47,280 nucleotides of DNA from a virus (taxonomy: Duplodnaviria > Caudoviricetes). A program made the position numbers and the translations under genes. The stretch is taken from the IMG/VR virus record IMGVR_UViG_3300042510_000390, positions 1-47,280 of that record, one strand, 5' to 3'. This document shows positions 18,855 through 29,498 of the stretch, piece after piece. The notes below the pieces were generated by a model, which had not been told where the DNA came from, did no database searches, and saw nothing but the letters and a program-made list of their open reading frames with translations. Position 1 is the stretch's first letter. Each line of letters begins with the position of its first letter.

Positions 18855-20521
18855 TGGGTAACTTTTGGAGAAGCTTTAGCGAAGGCGTCACAATGGGTGA
18901 CAGGATTAACGATAAGTTAGATAAGTATCGTGTTGGTAAAGAACTACGCGCAATCAATAGTGAAGCACCTACACGCGAATACTCAAATGAAGGGCTAACT
19001 GAAATCAATAACTCTGACCCTAATTCAGGTAAAGAATGGGTATCGACAAACAGCGAAGATAACCCACTAGGTATTGGCGGCGGTAGCGGTTATTGGAAAG
19101 ACTCTGCCGGTAATCAATTTGCTCCACAAGACACACCATCTGTTGATGAAAAAGGTAACTACACATTAGCTAACGGTAAAACAGTTGGTCTTAGCCAGTA
19201 TCGTCTTGGAGACCAAGTTCAAGACAAGGAGTTTTCCAAACACCAACTGCAAGCATATCGCTTAGAAAAAGCAGCACAAGTAATGGACTCTATGGGTGAG
19301 GCAGAGAAAGCGCAACAGTATCGCGCTCAAGGTTTACAGACACAAATGCTTGGTGAGCAGCTACAAAACATGCGTGACCAGACTGATGAGAAAAATCAGT
19401 TCAAAGAAGGTTTCAAGAACGCACAAAAGATAACGCTGGGTTGGGATCAGGCTAAACAACAAGCACAGGATTTATACGCCGCAGGTGATGCTGAAGGCGC
19501 AGGTAAAGTGTTAATCAACTTTTACAACAAGCAAGTACCTGATGGTACTAATGCCTACATGGATGACTCAGGCCACCTACACTACTCACAGGGTGACAAG
19601 TTAACGTCTGCTCAAGCAAACATCTATAACCCAGACACGTTCAAGAAAATGGTTCAAGCTGGCGACTCTCAAGTTCAATCGCATATTAAGTCTCTAATCC
19701 CAGTTCAAAGTTTCGAACAAATGATGACTATGCGCACAGCTGATAACCAAGACCGTGGCTACAATGAAGGCGTTCGTCAGTTTGGTATTACAAGCGGTCA
19801 ACGTGATGCAGAGCTTACTGATAACCGTAACTACCGTCAAGGCACGCTAGACAATGCCGCCGCAGAACTCAAAATGAAACAACCATACTACGCTTCTGAA
19901 GCTGGTAAAAATAATGCTGAGGCAGGTTGGTACGCTCGTCGTTCAGGTGGTGGTGAACACGCTTCAGTATGGCAGCCAGTAGGTCAAGATAAAGACGGCA
20001 CAGTTGTTTCTTTTGATAGAACTACAAACCGACTAGCCCGTACAGATGGTAAGCCAGTTCAAGACCAAAGCTTATTCAGAAAAGTTACCGGTGAAAAAGC
20101 TACTAGAGAAATGACTCCAGACGACCTAGTTAAAATCAGATCAATAGCGTCAGAAACACCGGGCTGGGATCAGATGCCCGCTGGTAAACAATCAGAAGTT
20201 ATCACAGGCATCATGCAGCAGTTTAACTTTGCCGTACCTCAAGATAAATCTGGCGACCCACTAAGTGTAGCTCCACCGGATAAGTCGCCTAGGAAGTCTA
20301 ATTCTCCAACATCGCAAATTAATCTTAGAGACCCAATGGGACAAGACCTAGGATTTACTCAAGCGGACTTAGATTCAGTTAGACGTAGAAACGGTACACC
20401 TACCCTGTCGTCAAACAAAGCGCCTACTAAGGCGGAAATCGAAGAAGCTAGAAAGCATGCGCAAAATAAACCAGCACTAGGATTAAATACCAGCAGCACA
20501 TTTAGCCCATTTGCTTTGTAA
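18854..20521 (+). CDS. Putative internal virion/ejection protein
   Basis: 555 aa, hydrophilic and helical; TAATG coupling; between two ejection-type genes. Confidence 0.6.
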   Translation: MGNFWRSFSEGVTMGDRINDKLDKYRVGKELRAINSEAPTREYSNEGLTEINNSDPNSGKEWVSTNSEDNPLGIGGGSGYWKDSAGNQFAPQDTPSVDEKGNYTLANGKTVGLSQYRLGDQVQDKEFSKHQLQAYRLEKAAQVMDSMGEAEKAQQYRAQGLQTQMLGEQLQNMRDQTDEKNQFKEGFKNAQKITLGWDQAKQQAQDLYAAGDAEGAGKVLINFYNKQVPDGTNAYMDDSGHLHYSQGDKLTSAQANIYNPDTFKKMVQAGDSQVQSHIKSLIPVQSFEQMMTMRTADNQDRGYNEGVRQFGITSGQRDAELTDNRNYRQGTLDNAAAELKMKQPYYASEAGKNNAEAGWYARRSGGGEHASVWQPVGQDKDGTVVSFDRTTNRLARTDGKPVQDQSLFRKVTGEKATREMTPDDLVKIRSIASETPGWDQMPAGKQSEVITGIMQQFNFAVPQDKSGDPLSVAPPDKSPRKSNSPTSQINLRDPMGQDLGFTQADLDSVRRRNGTPTLSSNKAPTKAEIEEARKHAQNKPALGLNTSSTFSPFAL

Positions 20522-20540
20522 CATAGAGTTGGAGTAATAC

Positions 20541-23500
20541 ATGGCTTTAATTGATGACATCCGTAAGAAGTATGCTGGTTCCGCCTATGACAAAATGTCA
20601 GACTTTGATATTGCTAAACACATCGCTGACAGCTCAGGCAGGAAAGTCGATGCAGTTGCGTATGATTTAGGTATAGACCTATCGTTACCAAAGTCTGATA
20701 TAGGTAAAGAAATCCATGCTGGTGGTAATAACTACGCCGCTGGTATGCGTCATATTCAGCACGCGCTTACAGGTAACAGTGAGTATCTTGTTAAAGCACT
20801 TAACGACTCTGACCGTGCTGAGTTCTTACAAAGCCAGTCTAAAGCCCCGCACTCATGGGACGAAGTAAAGATAGGTGACAGCGATAAAGGTCTTACTAGT
20901 TATTTAGGGCAAGGCTTTGCTAGCTCACTTCCTTATATGGCTGAAGCGGCTGGGTATGGTTTAGCTGATTACTTTTCAGGCGGTGCATTAACTCCAGCTA
21001 TTGTCGAACGCTATGCAGGGCAAGCAGCTTTAAAAGCAGGTGCCAGAGAATCAGTCGCTAAGAACATCGGAAATTCAGCTGCTAAAACAGCTGGCATGAC
21101 AGCAGCCACATACCCTTCAGCGTTAGGTGATGTTCTATCTAACCAGTACCAACAGTCTGGTGAATACAACATGGGGTATGCTCTTCCAGCAGCCTTACCA
21201 TATGCAGCGCTTAATTCACTAGGTCTTGAAGGTGCTTTAGCACGCAGGTCTTTCACACGTGGTTTAGTTGAACCAACTACCAGTCGTCTTGCTAATGCTG
21301 CTATCGGCTTCGGTCGTACAGGAATTGAAGAGGCTATCGGTGAGACTGGTCAAGAAGTAGTTAACCAGTTTGGTCGTCGTTCTGTAGATAGTTCTTACGA
21401 CCCTATGGGTGCGCAAGCTATGGCTGCATATAAAGAATCAGCTATTCTTGGCGGATTGATGGGTGGCTTGCCGGGCGGTATCCATGGCGCGTTCCAAAAA
21501 GGTAATATCGACCACAGTGACCCAACAGACTTATTGGGTAAACGTACTACTCACGAAGACCAAGCATATTACCAAGCACTTCAAGGAGCTAATAACTTTA
21601 AAGCTCCAGACTATTTATCACCTAACGTCAGCCAAGGTGCAGGTGTAGGTACACAAGAATGGATTAACCAGCAAACTGGCGTAGGTGCTAGCTCTAACGT
21701 TTCACGTAAAGATGTTGGTGCGGCATTTAACGAAAAACTAGATACGCCTCAGATCGTACTAGATGCTAACGGCACTCCTTACACGACAGACAGCGCAGCC
21801 GATGTGTTTGAGTTTGAGCAATTTGGTCGTACATCTAAGAACGCTACTAAAGCGCAAAAAGCTGCAGCACAAGCGCAGCAAAATACACAGAATACTGCAC
21901 AAAATAATACACAAGATACCGCCAAGGTTGAACCTGCTTGGGACTACGTACATCCAGAAACAGGTGAAGCAGTTCCTAGGGCAGCTGAACTTGGTATTAA
22001 ATCTATCAAGAAACAACAAGCATACGAGATGGTTGCATCAGCGCTACATGACGGCACTATTGATCAGGCAGAGTTCGAAGCTCAAGTTAATGCGATTCAG
22101 ACTACACAGAAAATCGGTAGCCTAACTTCACGTATTGAAAAAGAACTACGTGCAGCACGTGAAGTTAAAGCAACAGGTAGCAACGTTTCTACATCCGACT
22201 CACAAGCACTAGGCACTGTTCTGAAGAGCATGGTTACGCCTGAGCAATTGAAATGGTGGGAAGCTAGACAAGACCCATTGAATGAAAACAAATCAGACGC
22301 AACGATTGCTAAAGAACTAGGCTTCACTCGTCAGAATGGTAGCAAGCTTGCTAAGAACTCACGTAAAGTTGTTGCACAGAAAGTTGCTAATGCCTTTGGT
22401 ATTACACCAGAAGAAGCTGATGCACGTATCGTAGAACACTTAAAAGCTACAGCGCCTAGGGCAGTTGCTGCAGAAAACAACGCTGGCATGTCACCAGAGT
22501 CACAACAGTCAGTCGTTGATAAAACTGACTTAACCTCAAATGATGAGAGTGGCAGCGTACAAAGCATGGGTACTATCAACAGTATAGGTGGCTCTCAACG
22601 TGGAAACATGTCTGTAGGTAAAACAGAACTTCCACCGAACTATGTAGAATCAGTTAAACCAAGCAACAACGCAAAAGCAGGTGCAGCTGTAGCCCGACAA
22701 CAACACATCCAAGCGATGTTAAATGACCCTGAACATAAGAACGCTGCAAACGATTGGAACGACTTTAAGTCTGAAGGCACGCCAGAATTCCACGAGCTTT
22801 CACCAGAAGTACGCGCAGATTTTATTTCAGACTACATTGAAATTATCAACGCAAAAGAGGAATATGACTGGACTGACGGTGAAGAACTTCGTCAGATCGA
22901 ACTTGCGCAACGTGAAGCAGAACAATTACTAGGGAGCAGCGATGTCAGAGATAGCCAAAGCACTGGAAAAGTGGAAGGGAATTCCACCGGAAGTACGCAA
23001 ACAGATGGTAGAAAAGAATCCGAAGTACGCGCCATTGGAAAGAATGGTAGCACTGATGGAAGCACAAACACCGCAACCACAGACGACGAACTCGCAAGAT
23101 TAATTGCATCTCAAGAAGAAGACGTACAGTCTGAAAACGTTGATGATAGCGAAACCGAAGACGGCGGAGCAAGACGTTCAGAATCTGGTGCAACAGCTGG
23201 CACATCAGTTGTTAACATCAAAGCAACTTTAAAAGCTTTATTCCTATCCCCAGCTAAGTTTGACCAGCTAGTTAAAATCGTACAGTCAGTTAAAGATATT
23301 CCAGAAAACGTACGTGCTAACGCGCAACTATCTGACTCTGATAAAACCACACAGGGTTTTGCTTGGGAAGGTAAAGTGTATTTAATCGCTGACAATATCG
23401 CTGAGAAATCTACGCTCGCTGTGTTCTTACATGAACTCGGTGTACACGTCGGGCTGGAGAAACTTCTTGGTGAAGATAACTTTAGAAACCTAGCCGCTCA

Positions 23501-26500
23501 AATTTCAGAATGGTCAGCCCGCACTGATAATTCACTAGAAGCTCGTTTGGCACGTAAGGCAATGGATAGAGTGGAATCAGCAGCAAAAAGCGCTGATAGA
23601 CGTGGTCAAACATTTGAAGACGGCGACTACTTACACGAGATGATCGCGTACTTTGTAGAAGAGGCCGTACTTGCTGGTGTAGACCCTACTGCAGTGACAC
23701 ATATTAAATCAGCTGGCCTACGCGAATGGTTCCGTAAATTCACCGCTGCTATGAAACTAGGTCTACGTAAACTTAGCCTAGGTCGTTTTGATTTGCTTAC
23801 AGCACAGAACATCGTTGATATGACCTTCGGTGCAGCTGACCTAGAACTTAACGGTACATGGCATGGCACAGCAGCGGACTTCCGAAACTTCGACCACAAG
23901 TACATGGGGTCTGGTGAAGGCGCTCAAGCGTTTGGATGGGGTTCGTACTTTGCTCAACGTAAAGGCATTGCTAACGACTACCTAGCTCAAGACGTCAGAA
24001 GAAAATCTAGCCGTGCTACGCACTGGGTTAACGAGAAACGCAGTGAGATTACTAAGTTTGCAAATGTGATCAAAGCCAAGTACACAGAAAAAATAGCTGA
24101 GATTCTAAGTAAAGAAGGCGCTCAATCAGGCCACTTAAAACTTGCCAAGCTACTAGGCTTTATCGACATGCAACGGTTTAACATGAACTCTTACGCTGAG
24201 TTCCTTGAAGCAATAGGCCAAGAAATTGCTAACGAAAACTTTACCAGAGCTTTTGGTGGTATGCGTATAAATAGCCCCATCATTGGTGATGAAAATTCTA
24301 AAATAGCCGCCGTTACGCCAGCAATGGTTAATGAAGCAATTGATAAACTGCTCAAGTCTAAACCTATCGAAGGTTCAATGATGCGAGTTCGTCCTTTGGT
24401 GGCAGAAAACGAGCTGCTTGACTGGGATGCACCGCTAGACGAACAACCTGAAAACGTTAAACAAGCCATTGAAAAAATGCCTTTGAGCGTACGCAATCGC
24501 GCTGAAAACATCATAGGCGATAACCCAACAGGTGAATCACTTTACCGTGCAATACATGAAGCAGCAGATGAAGGTATGTTCTGGGACGAAGCCGGCGTTG
24601 AAGACAAGGGTAGACGTCAAGATGCACAAAAGGTAGCAAGTCTATACCTAGACAAACTAGGTGTTCCGGGCCTTAAGTTCCTAGACCAACCTAGCCGTAA
24701 AGCTGTGAAGTCAGGTGATACTGCGGAGAACCTACAACGTAGGATTGATAACTTCAAGGCGACTCTAGCTTCGTTAGAATCTAAACCAGCGTCTGACTCA
24801 GCGTTCCAAAAAACTAGAGCAATGTCTAATGACATGCAAATCAGAGCGTTGAAGTTAAACATTGCAGACATGGAAAAACAGTTAGCTGCTATGGGTGATC
24901 AGCGTATTACCAATAATATCGTTGTGTTTAACGACAAGAATATCTCCCGCGCAGCAACACAAATTGGTGGTGATTCAAACCGTGTACGCTTCTCACAAAC
25001 AGACGAAGAAGTACCTGAAGAGCAATCTACTGTACGCAACCCATTAGGTGCTAAACGTAAAGCAGCTATGACAGACATCGGTGCAGCATTTGCTACGGTG
25101 ACACCTAAGCTTCTAACAAACTACCAACTAGTAGACCAGTTCGGTAAGAAATTAAAAGCCTTGGTTGAATACATGAACTTGAACGACAAGATGACTGTGC
25201 TTCAACAAAAGCTAGTTCGTTCTTCACATGACATCCTTGAGAGCTGGAACAAACTATCACGTACTTCACCTAAGATGGCATGGCGTTTATCAGGTGTAAT
25301 GCATGACGCTACACTTGAAGGTATCCACCCTGATTTGGCATTTGATGATGAGCTTAACTCTCACCTAGATAAAGTTAAAGACCGTGAGAAGTATGACGCA
25401 TTGAAGTTACGCTATAACGCGTTAACAACAGAAGCTAAAGAAACCTATCAGGCAGTTAAGGCTACGCTTGCAAACAACTGGAAACTACGTAAAGAAATTT
25501 ACGCTGACGTTGTACGTATGGCATATGCCAAACAACTTGATTTAGCTAAAGCAAACAAAGACCAAAAAGAAATCGACCGCATTGAAGCTAAGATTGCTAA
25601 GGAAATCGAAAACCACGCTGACCAAATCAAATCAATCCGTGGCCCTTACTTCCCACTCATGCGTTTCGGTGACTTCTTAGTTATTGCTGAATCTAATGAG
25701 TTGCAAGCAGCACGTGAAGAGTTGCAAACTGCAACCGGTGATCGCTTCAAAGAAGTTAAGAAGCGCGTTGTAGCTATGGAGAAAGACGCTAAACATTATC
25801 AAGTGCATTCATTTGATAAAGCATCTGAACAAAAAGCTATGGCAGCGAAGCTAGAGAACACACACGAAGTACGTCTAACCAAAGGCGAAGACTACCAACG
25901 TGAATTACGCCCATCAACATTCGGTCAACTAGAACAACTAGACAACGTACTTGGTACAGAGTTCGGTTCTAGAGCCAGCGGCATTTCAGCTAAGATTCGT
26001 GATGCTGTTACAGAGATGTACTTAAGTTCTATGCCTGAGCATTCAGCACTTCAACGTCAAATCAAACGTCACGGTATTCAAGGTGCTTCTCAAGACATGA
26101 TGCGCTCGTTTGCCGAGCTGATGGAACGCGATTCATTCTACCTATCACGTATGCGCTTTATGCCAGAAATCACGTCTAGCTTGTACAAGATGAAAGACGA
26201 GTCTCGTGCTAGCAACGAGTTACGTGACGTATACAACAACGTTAAAGCACGTATGGCGATGGACTTCTCATACACCAGAGCGCCTGTAGCAGCATTTGTA
26301 TCTAAGCTAAGTTCTATCTGGCACTTGGGTATTTCTCCATCATACCTACTGATCAACGGTACACAGCCTTGGACTATTACCATGCCGCAACTAGCTGGTA
26401 AGTTTGGCGGTGCAAAAGCATTTGGTGCTATGCGTTCTGCTTGGGCTGATTCAGTACGAATTATTAAAGGAGGTCGAAATGGCGAATTCTTTAGTCTATC

Positions 26501-27821
26501 TAATGCTGATTTGTCTAAGACGCTTGCTGGCGACGAGTTACGTATGGCGACAGAGCTTCAAGACTTGGGTAAGTTGGACATCGCCCAGAACATTGACACT
26601 GAAGTGTACGCTTCAGGCACTGACCCTAAATGGATTCGCGCTCAACGTGTCTTTAACTGGGCTTCTCATAACATCGAGCTAACCAACCGCTTGTCTACAG
26701 CTTTGGCAACATACCGCTTAGAACGTAGCCGCGGGGCTACACATGAAGACGCAACATCAAAAGCACGTGAAGGCATCGAGCTTACGCAACTTACGTATGA
26801 CGATACAAACGCAGCGTACTTTATGAAGTCCGGTCACTTAGGTGGTTGGAACCGTATGCCTATGCAATTCCGTAAGTACCAACAAGGTATGATTTACTTA
26901 CTAGTACGTAATGCTAAAGAAGCGTTCAAAGGTGATAAAGAAGCTCAACGTTCTCTAGGTTACTTGTTGATGATGCAGTTAGCTACGGCAGGTGCAGCAG
27001 GTCTTCCACTCGCGTTCCCACTAGCGGTAGTCGGTAGTTTGTTTGGTGATGATGACGACGAAAAAGGTGACTACGCTACACAAGTACGTAACTACCTAGC
27101 TGACATGCTCGGCCCAGATGCAGCACGTGTATTCTGGAAAGGTCTACCAACAATGCTCGGTGTAGACATCTCACGTAATATCGGTATGGGCGATTTGTTT
27201 AACCCACTTCCAATGATGCGCTGGAGCGACGTTACTAACGCTAAGACAGGTAAAGACGCTGTATCAACTCTACTATTCAACGCAGCTGGCGCACCTTTCG
27301 GGACTATGGCTGATATGCTTGAAGGCATCCAAATGGCTAGCCACGGTGAGATTGAACGTGCCGTTGAGAAGCTGCTACCTAAGTTCTTGGCATCACCAGT
27401 TAAAGCGGTTCGATATGCAACCGATGGTTTGACCTCACGCAGCGGTAACGTTGCAGTTGAATCGGATAAGTTTGATGGTTGGGACTTGGCATACAAAGCG
27501 CTAGGCTTTAGCCCAGTAGTTGAGTCAGAACATTACGCAGCACAAAACTCTAAAGAAGATGTAGCTCAAGCAATCAATGCTCGCCGTAAAGAAATTTATA
27601 GCCAGTACGCTCAAGCTCGTTTATCTGGTGGGAATGCTAGTGAAGTCCGTGAAGCAGTTGCGAAGTTTAACTCAGACCATCCAAAACAACGCATCACGCA
27701 AGAGCAGTTACTTCAGTCATTGCAACAACGTCGTAGTAGTAAGAAAGAATACGATGAAGCTGGTGTTCGATACAGCAAACGTGACAAGTCTCTCAAAGGC
27801 ATTGATAGATTTGCATACTAG
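20541..27821 (+). CDS. Giant polyvalent internal virion protein with PLxRFG domain
   Basis: 2426 aa; HELGVH zincin-like motif, WHGT..F..F..GSGEGAQAFGWGSYFA (ADP-ribosyltransferase-like), YFPLMRFG. Confidence 0.8.
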   Translation: MALIDDIRKKYAGSAYDKMSDFDIAKHIADSSGRKVDAVAYDLGIDLSLPKSDIGKEIHAGGNNYAAGMRHIQHALTGNSEYLVKALNDSDRAEFLQSQSKAPHSWDEVKIGDSDKGLTSYLGQGFASSLPYMAEAAGYGLADYFSGGALTPAIVERYAGQAALKAGARESVAKNIGNSAAKTAGMTAATYPSALGDVLSNQYQQSGEYNMGYALPAALPYAALNSLGLEGALARRSFTRGLVEPTTSRLANAAIGFGRTGIEEAIGETGQEVVNQFGRRSVDSSYDPMGAQAMAAYKESAILGGLMGGLPGGIHGAFQKGNIDHSDPTDLLGKRTTHEDQAYYQALQGANNFKAPDYLSPNVSQGAGVGTQEWINQQTGVGASSNVSRKDVGAAFNEKLDTPQIVLDANGTPYTTDSAADVFEFEQFGRTSKNATKAQKAAAQAQQNTQNTAQNNTQDTAKVEPAWDYVHPETGEAVPRAAELGIKSIKKQQAYEMVASALHDGTIDQAEFEAQVNAIQTTQKIGSLTSRIEKELRAAREVKATGSNVSTSDSQALGTVLKSMVTPEQLKWWEARQDPLNENKSDATIAKELGFTRQNGSKLAKNSRKVVAQKVANAFGITPEEADARIVEHLKATAPRAVAAENNAGMSPESQQSVVDKTDLTSNDESGSVQSMGTINSIGGSQRGNMSVGKTELPPNYVESVKPSNNAKAGAAVARQQHIQAMLNDPEHKNAANDWNDFKSEGTPEFHELSPEVRADFISDYIEIINAKEEYDWTDGEELRQIELAQREAEQLLGSSDVRDSQSTGKVEGNSTGSTQTDGRKESEVRAIGKNGSTDGSTNTATTDDELARLIASQEEDVQSENVDDSETEDGGARRSESGATAGTSVVNIKATLKALFLSPAKFDQLVKIVQSVKDIPENVRANAQLSDSDKTTQGFAWEGKVYLIADNIAEKSTLAVFLHELGVHVGLEKLLGEDNFRNLAAQISEWSARTDNSLEARLARKAMDRVESAAKSADRRGQTFEDGDYLHEMIAYFVEEAVLAGVDPTAVTHIKSAGLREWFRKFTAAMKLGLRKLSLGRFDLLTAQNIVDMTFGAADLELNGTWHGTAADFRNFDHKYMGSGEGAQAFGWGSYFAQRKGIANDYLAQDVRRKSSRATHWVNEKRSEITKFANVIKAKYTEKIAEILSKEGAQSGHLKLAKLLGFIDMQRFNMNSYAEFLEAIGQEIANENFTRAFGGMRINSPIIGDENSKIAAVTPAMVNEAIDKLLKSKPIEGSMMRVRPLVAENELLDWDAPLDEQPENVKQAIEKMPLSVRNRAENIIGDNPTGESLYRAIHEAADEGMFWDEAGVEDKGRRQDAQKVASLYLDKLGVPGLKFLDQPSRKAVKSGDTAENLQRRIDNFKATLASLESKPASDSAFQKTRAMSNDMQIRALKLNIADMEKQLAAMGDQRITNNIVVFNDKNISRAATQIGGDSNRVRFSQTDEEVPEEQSTVRNPLGAKRKAAMTDIGAAFATVTPKLLTNYQLVDQFGKKLKALVEYMNLNDKMTVLQQKLVRSSHDILESWNKLSRTSPKMAWRLSGVMHDATLEGIHPDLAFDDELNSHLDKVKDREKYDALKLRYNALTTEAKETYQAVKATLANNWKLRKEIYADVVRMAYAKQLDLAKANKDQKEIDRIEAKIAKEIENHADQIKSIRGPYFPLMRFGDFLVIAESNELQAAREELQTATGDRFKEVKKRVVAMEKDAKHYQVHSFDKASEQKAMAAKLENTHEVRLTKGEDYQRELRPSTFGQLEQLDNVLGTEFGSRASGISAKIRDAVTEMYLSSMPEHSALQRQIKRHGIQGASQDMMRSFAELMERDSFYLSRMRFMPEITSSLYKMKDESRASNELRDVYNNVKARMAMDFSYTRAPVAAFVSKLSSIWHLGISPSYLLINGTQPWTITMPQLAGKFGGAKAFGAMRSAWADSVRIIKGGRNGEFFSLSNADLSKTLAGDELRMATELQDLGKLDIAQNIDTEVYASGTDPKWIRAQRVFNWASHNIELTNRLSTALATYRLERSRGATHEDATSKAREGIELTQLTYDDTNAAYFMKSGHLGGWNRMPMQFRKYQQGMIYLLVRNAKEAFKGDKEAQRSLGYLLMMQLATAGAAGLPLAFPLAVVGSLFGDDDDEKGDYATQVRNYLADMLGPDAARVFWKGLPTMLGVDISRNIGMGDLFNPLPMMRWSDVTNAKTGKDAVSTLLFNAAGAPFGTMADMLEGIQMASHGEIERAVEKLLPKFLASPVKAVRYATDGLTSRSGNVAVESDKFDGWDLAYKALGFSPVVESEHYAAQNSKEDVAQAINARRKEIYSQYAQARLSGGNASEVREAVAKFNSDHPKQRITQEQLLQSLQQRRSSKKEYDEAGVRYSKRDKSLKGIDRFAY

Positions 27822-27829
27822 AGTAAATA

Positions 27830-28327
27830 CTGATTAAACACCAATCGCATATAACCGGCAGGGCAGCTGAGGCGTACGTTAGATATGATTTATCAAAGCG
27901 TGGATATGTTGTCTGTGCCGGATACGAAGGTGCGCCGTATGACCTACTTGTAGATGTAGGTAAAAAGTTTATCCGCATACAGGTAAAGGGTACGGAGAAA
28001 GTGTCGCAAAAGAAATCAGGCGCTTACTATACGCCAACGTATAAATTCAGTACCGCTGGAATTAAACCAGAATGTGATGTTGTTGCTTTAGTTGCGTTGG
28101 ATATTGAAAAGATTTGGTACGCTGGGCTAGAAGACTGCCTACATAAAGACAAGATTTGGGTGCCTACTAAGCGGATGGTTCTTGGGTCTGATGCCGCACT
28201 TCTCTCCTCAGTCCAGCAAGGTATGTACCCCATAACCTCCATGCCGCCTTGCGCTCTGGTAAATACTCCGCGTGGTTGTACACAGCCATCACACCTTCCA
28301 TTGTGTGATTCAGCATCTTCTCTGTAA
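27830..28327 (+). CDS. PD-(D/E)XK nuclease with non-canonical start, or pseudogene
   Basis: Frame of ORF 28001 is open back to TAA 27824-26 and reads GRAAEAYV..KRGY..PYDLLVD..FIRIQVKGT; the only candidate starts are ATA/CTG/ATT. Confidence 0.6.
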   Translation: MIKHQSHITGRAAEAYVRYDLSKRGYVVCAGYEGAPYDLLVDVGKKFIRIQVKGTEKVSQKKSGAYYTPTYKFSTAGIKPECDVVALVALDIEKIWYAGLEDCLHKDKIWVPTKRMVLGSDAALLSSVQQGMYPITSMPPCALVNTPRGCTQPSHLPLCDSASSL

Positions 28328-29258
28328 CGTGTGGCATTACACCTTTATCGTTTAGGTGAGTAGTAATCGTTCTACGGAAATCATGTGGCGTGTAACTAAC
28401 GCCTCTTCGTTTTATTGCCCGCGCCATCACTCGATGGTCTCCAACGTAAGGTGGCGGAACAATTTTAAGAACCATTCTGGCTTGAGGCGAGAGGTATACT
28501 TTATGCAGCTTTTTATTCTTGTTACCTTTTTGATCGGTGGGGATGTGCCACCAGCAACCGTTGATCTGTGCTTTACAAATCCCAAGTACCTCACTGGCTC
28601 GTTGACCTGTAAGTAACGCAAGTGCCAAAGCAGCACGAGTTCGATAATCCATTCGTGGTGTACGTAGTTCGATTATTAGCTGTTTGATCTCGTCTACCGA
28701 TAAAACTTTAGTACGTGGCTTCTCTTTACCACCAACAGCTTTTTTAGTTAACGGCAGCAGAACATTATTTTCTATGTCACCGCGTTCAACAGCGAAACCG
28801 AATATAAGTTTGATGTCAGTCAGCACCCTGTTTGCCATGATGGGTGAACCGCGTTCTACAATCGTTTCTAAAAGCTTGGCAACTTCTGCCCTTTTAACCG
28901 TTCTAATGTCTCTGGAGCCTAGTACGGGCTTAATTTCTTTTTTATACTTGTACATAAACTGCTCTGGATTTACGTACCTCCTCTTAACATGTTTGTAGAA
29001 GGCTGTGAACACTTTATCAATGGTTGGGATGTCTTCTGAGATACTTTCTGGGGTATGGACAAAGTTTGTGGCAAGCTTTCTGGCATCGGCTAGTCCCAAA
29101 TTGGGATAGTCACCGAGCTTAATCCATTTGCTTTTGTGACGATACAAAAATTCTTTACGCCCAGAAGTGTGAACTCTAAGATATAATTTTTTACCAGCCA
29201 ATATAAACTGGTCTTTGTCAGTAGGCTTTAAGCCTTTTAATTCTTTATCGGTCAACAT
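28167..29258 (-). CDS. int: Tyrosine integrase (P4-like, with arm-binding domain)
   Basis: MLTD..., LYLRV..SGRK.F, TGQRASE, TPHDFRRT, LNH, YNH catalytic residues. Confidence 0.95.
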   Translation of the reverse strand: MLTDKELKGLKPTDKDQFILAGKKLYLRVHTSGRKEFLYRHKSKWIKLGDYPNLGLADARKLATNFVHTPESISEDIPTIDKVFTAFYKHVKRRYVNPEQFMYKYKKEIKPVLGSRDIRTVKRAEVAKLLETIVERGSPIMANRVLTDIKLIFGFAVERGDIENNVLLPLTKKAVGGKEKPRTKVLSVDEIKQLIIELRTPRMDYRTRAALALALLTGQRASEVLGICKAQINGCWWHIPTDQKGNKNKKLHKVYLSPQARMVLKIVPPPYVGDHRVMARAIKRRGVSYTPHDFRRTITTHLNDKGVMPHVTEKMLNHTMEGVMAVYNHAEYLPERKAAWRLWGTYLAGLRREVRHQTQEPSA

Positions 29259-29265
29259 GTAAAGA

Positions 29266-29294
29266 AGTTTACAGTATTATGGAATCTGTGACAA
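29266..29294 (-). promoter_or_regulatory. Putative leaderless int promoter overlapping an arm-type repeat
   Basis: Minus strand TTGTCA-17 nt-TAAACT-7 nt-ATG(29258). Confidence 0.55.
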
Positions 29295-29414
29295 TTTCTG
29301 TGACACTTTGGAAAATGCTTGGGGGTATTACGGGGTGGGGTATTTGGTATTAAGTGCTTGATTTACAAAGCAACAGGTACCTTATGCAAAGTCATGTTTC
29401 TACCCCTTTTTTGC

Positions 29415-29459
29415 CTACGAACCAAGGGGTCAGGAGTTCGAATCTCTTCGGGCGCACCA
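29415..29459 (+). other. 3' half of tRNA-Arg(ACG), attP core; not a complete tRNA
   Basis: CTACGAA anticodon loop, CCAAG, GTTCGAATC T-loop, GGGCGCACCA end; no D-arm or 5' acceptor strand upstream. Confidence 0.85.
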
Positions 29460-29467
29460 TAAAAATC

Positions 29468-29498
29468 AAGGGGTTAGCATCACTGCTAGCCCCTTTTT
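29468..29498 (+). terminator. Terminator downstream of the attP core
   Basis: GGGGTTAGCA-TCAC-TGCTAGCCCC-TTTTT. Confidence 0.75.

Noticed and set aside
331-27496. Numerous antisense or alternate-frame ORFs within long genes
   Set aside because: Shadow ORFs with no recognisable motifs or RBS, fully overlapping well-supported genes
29380-29459. Complete tRNA-Arg gene
   Set aside because: No 5' acceptor strand or D-arm, and TTTGC cannot close the anticodon stem with CCAAG; it is an attP core
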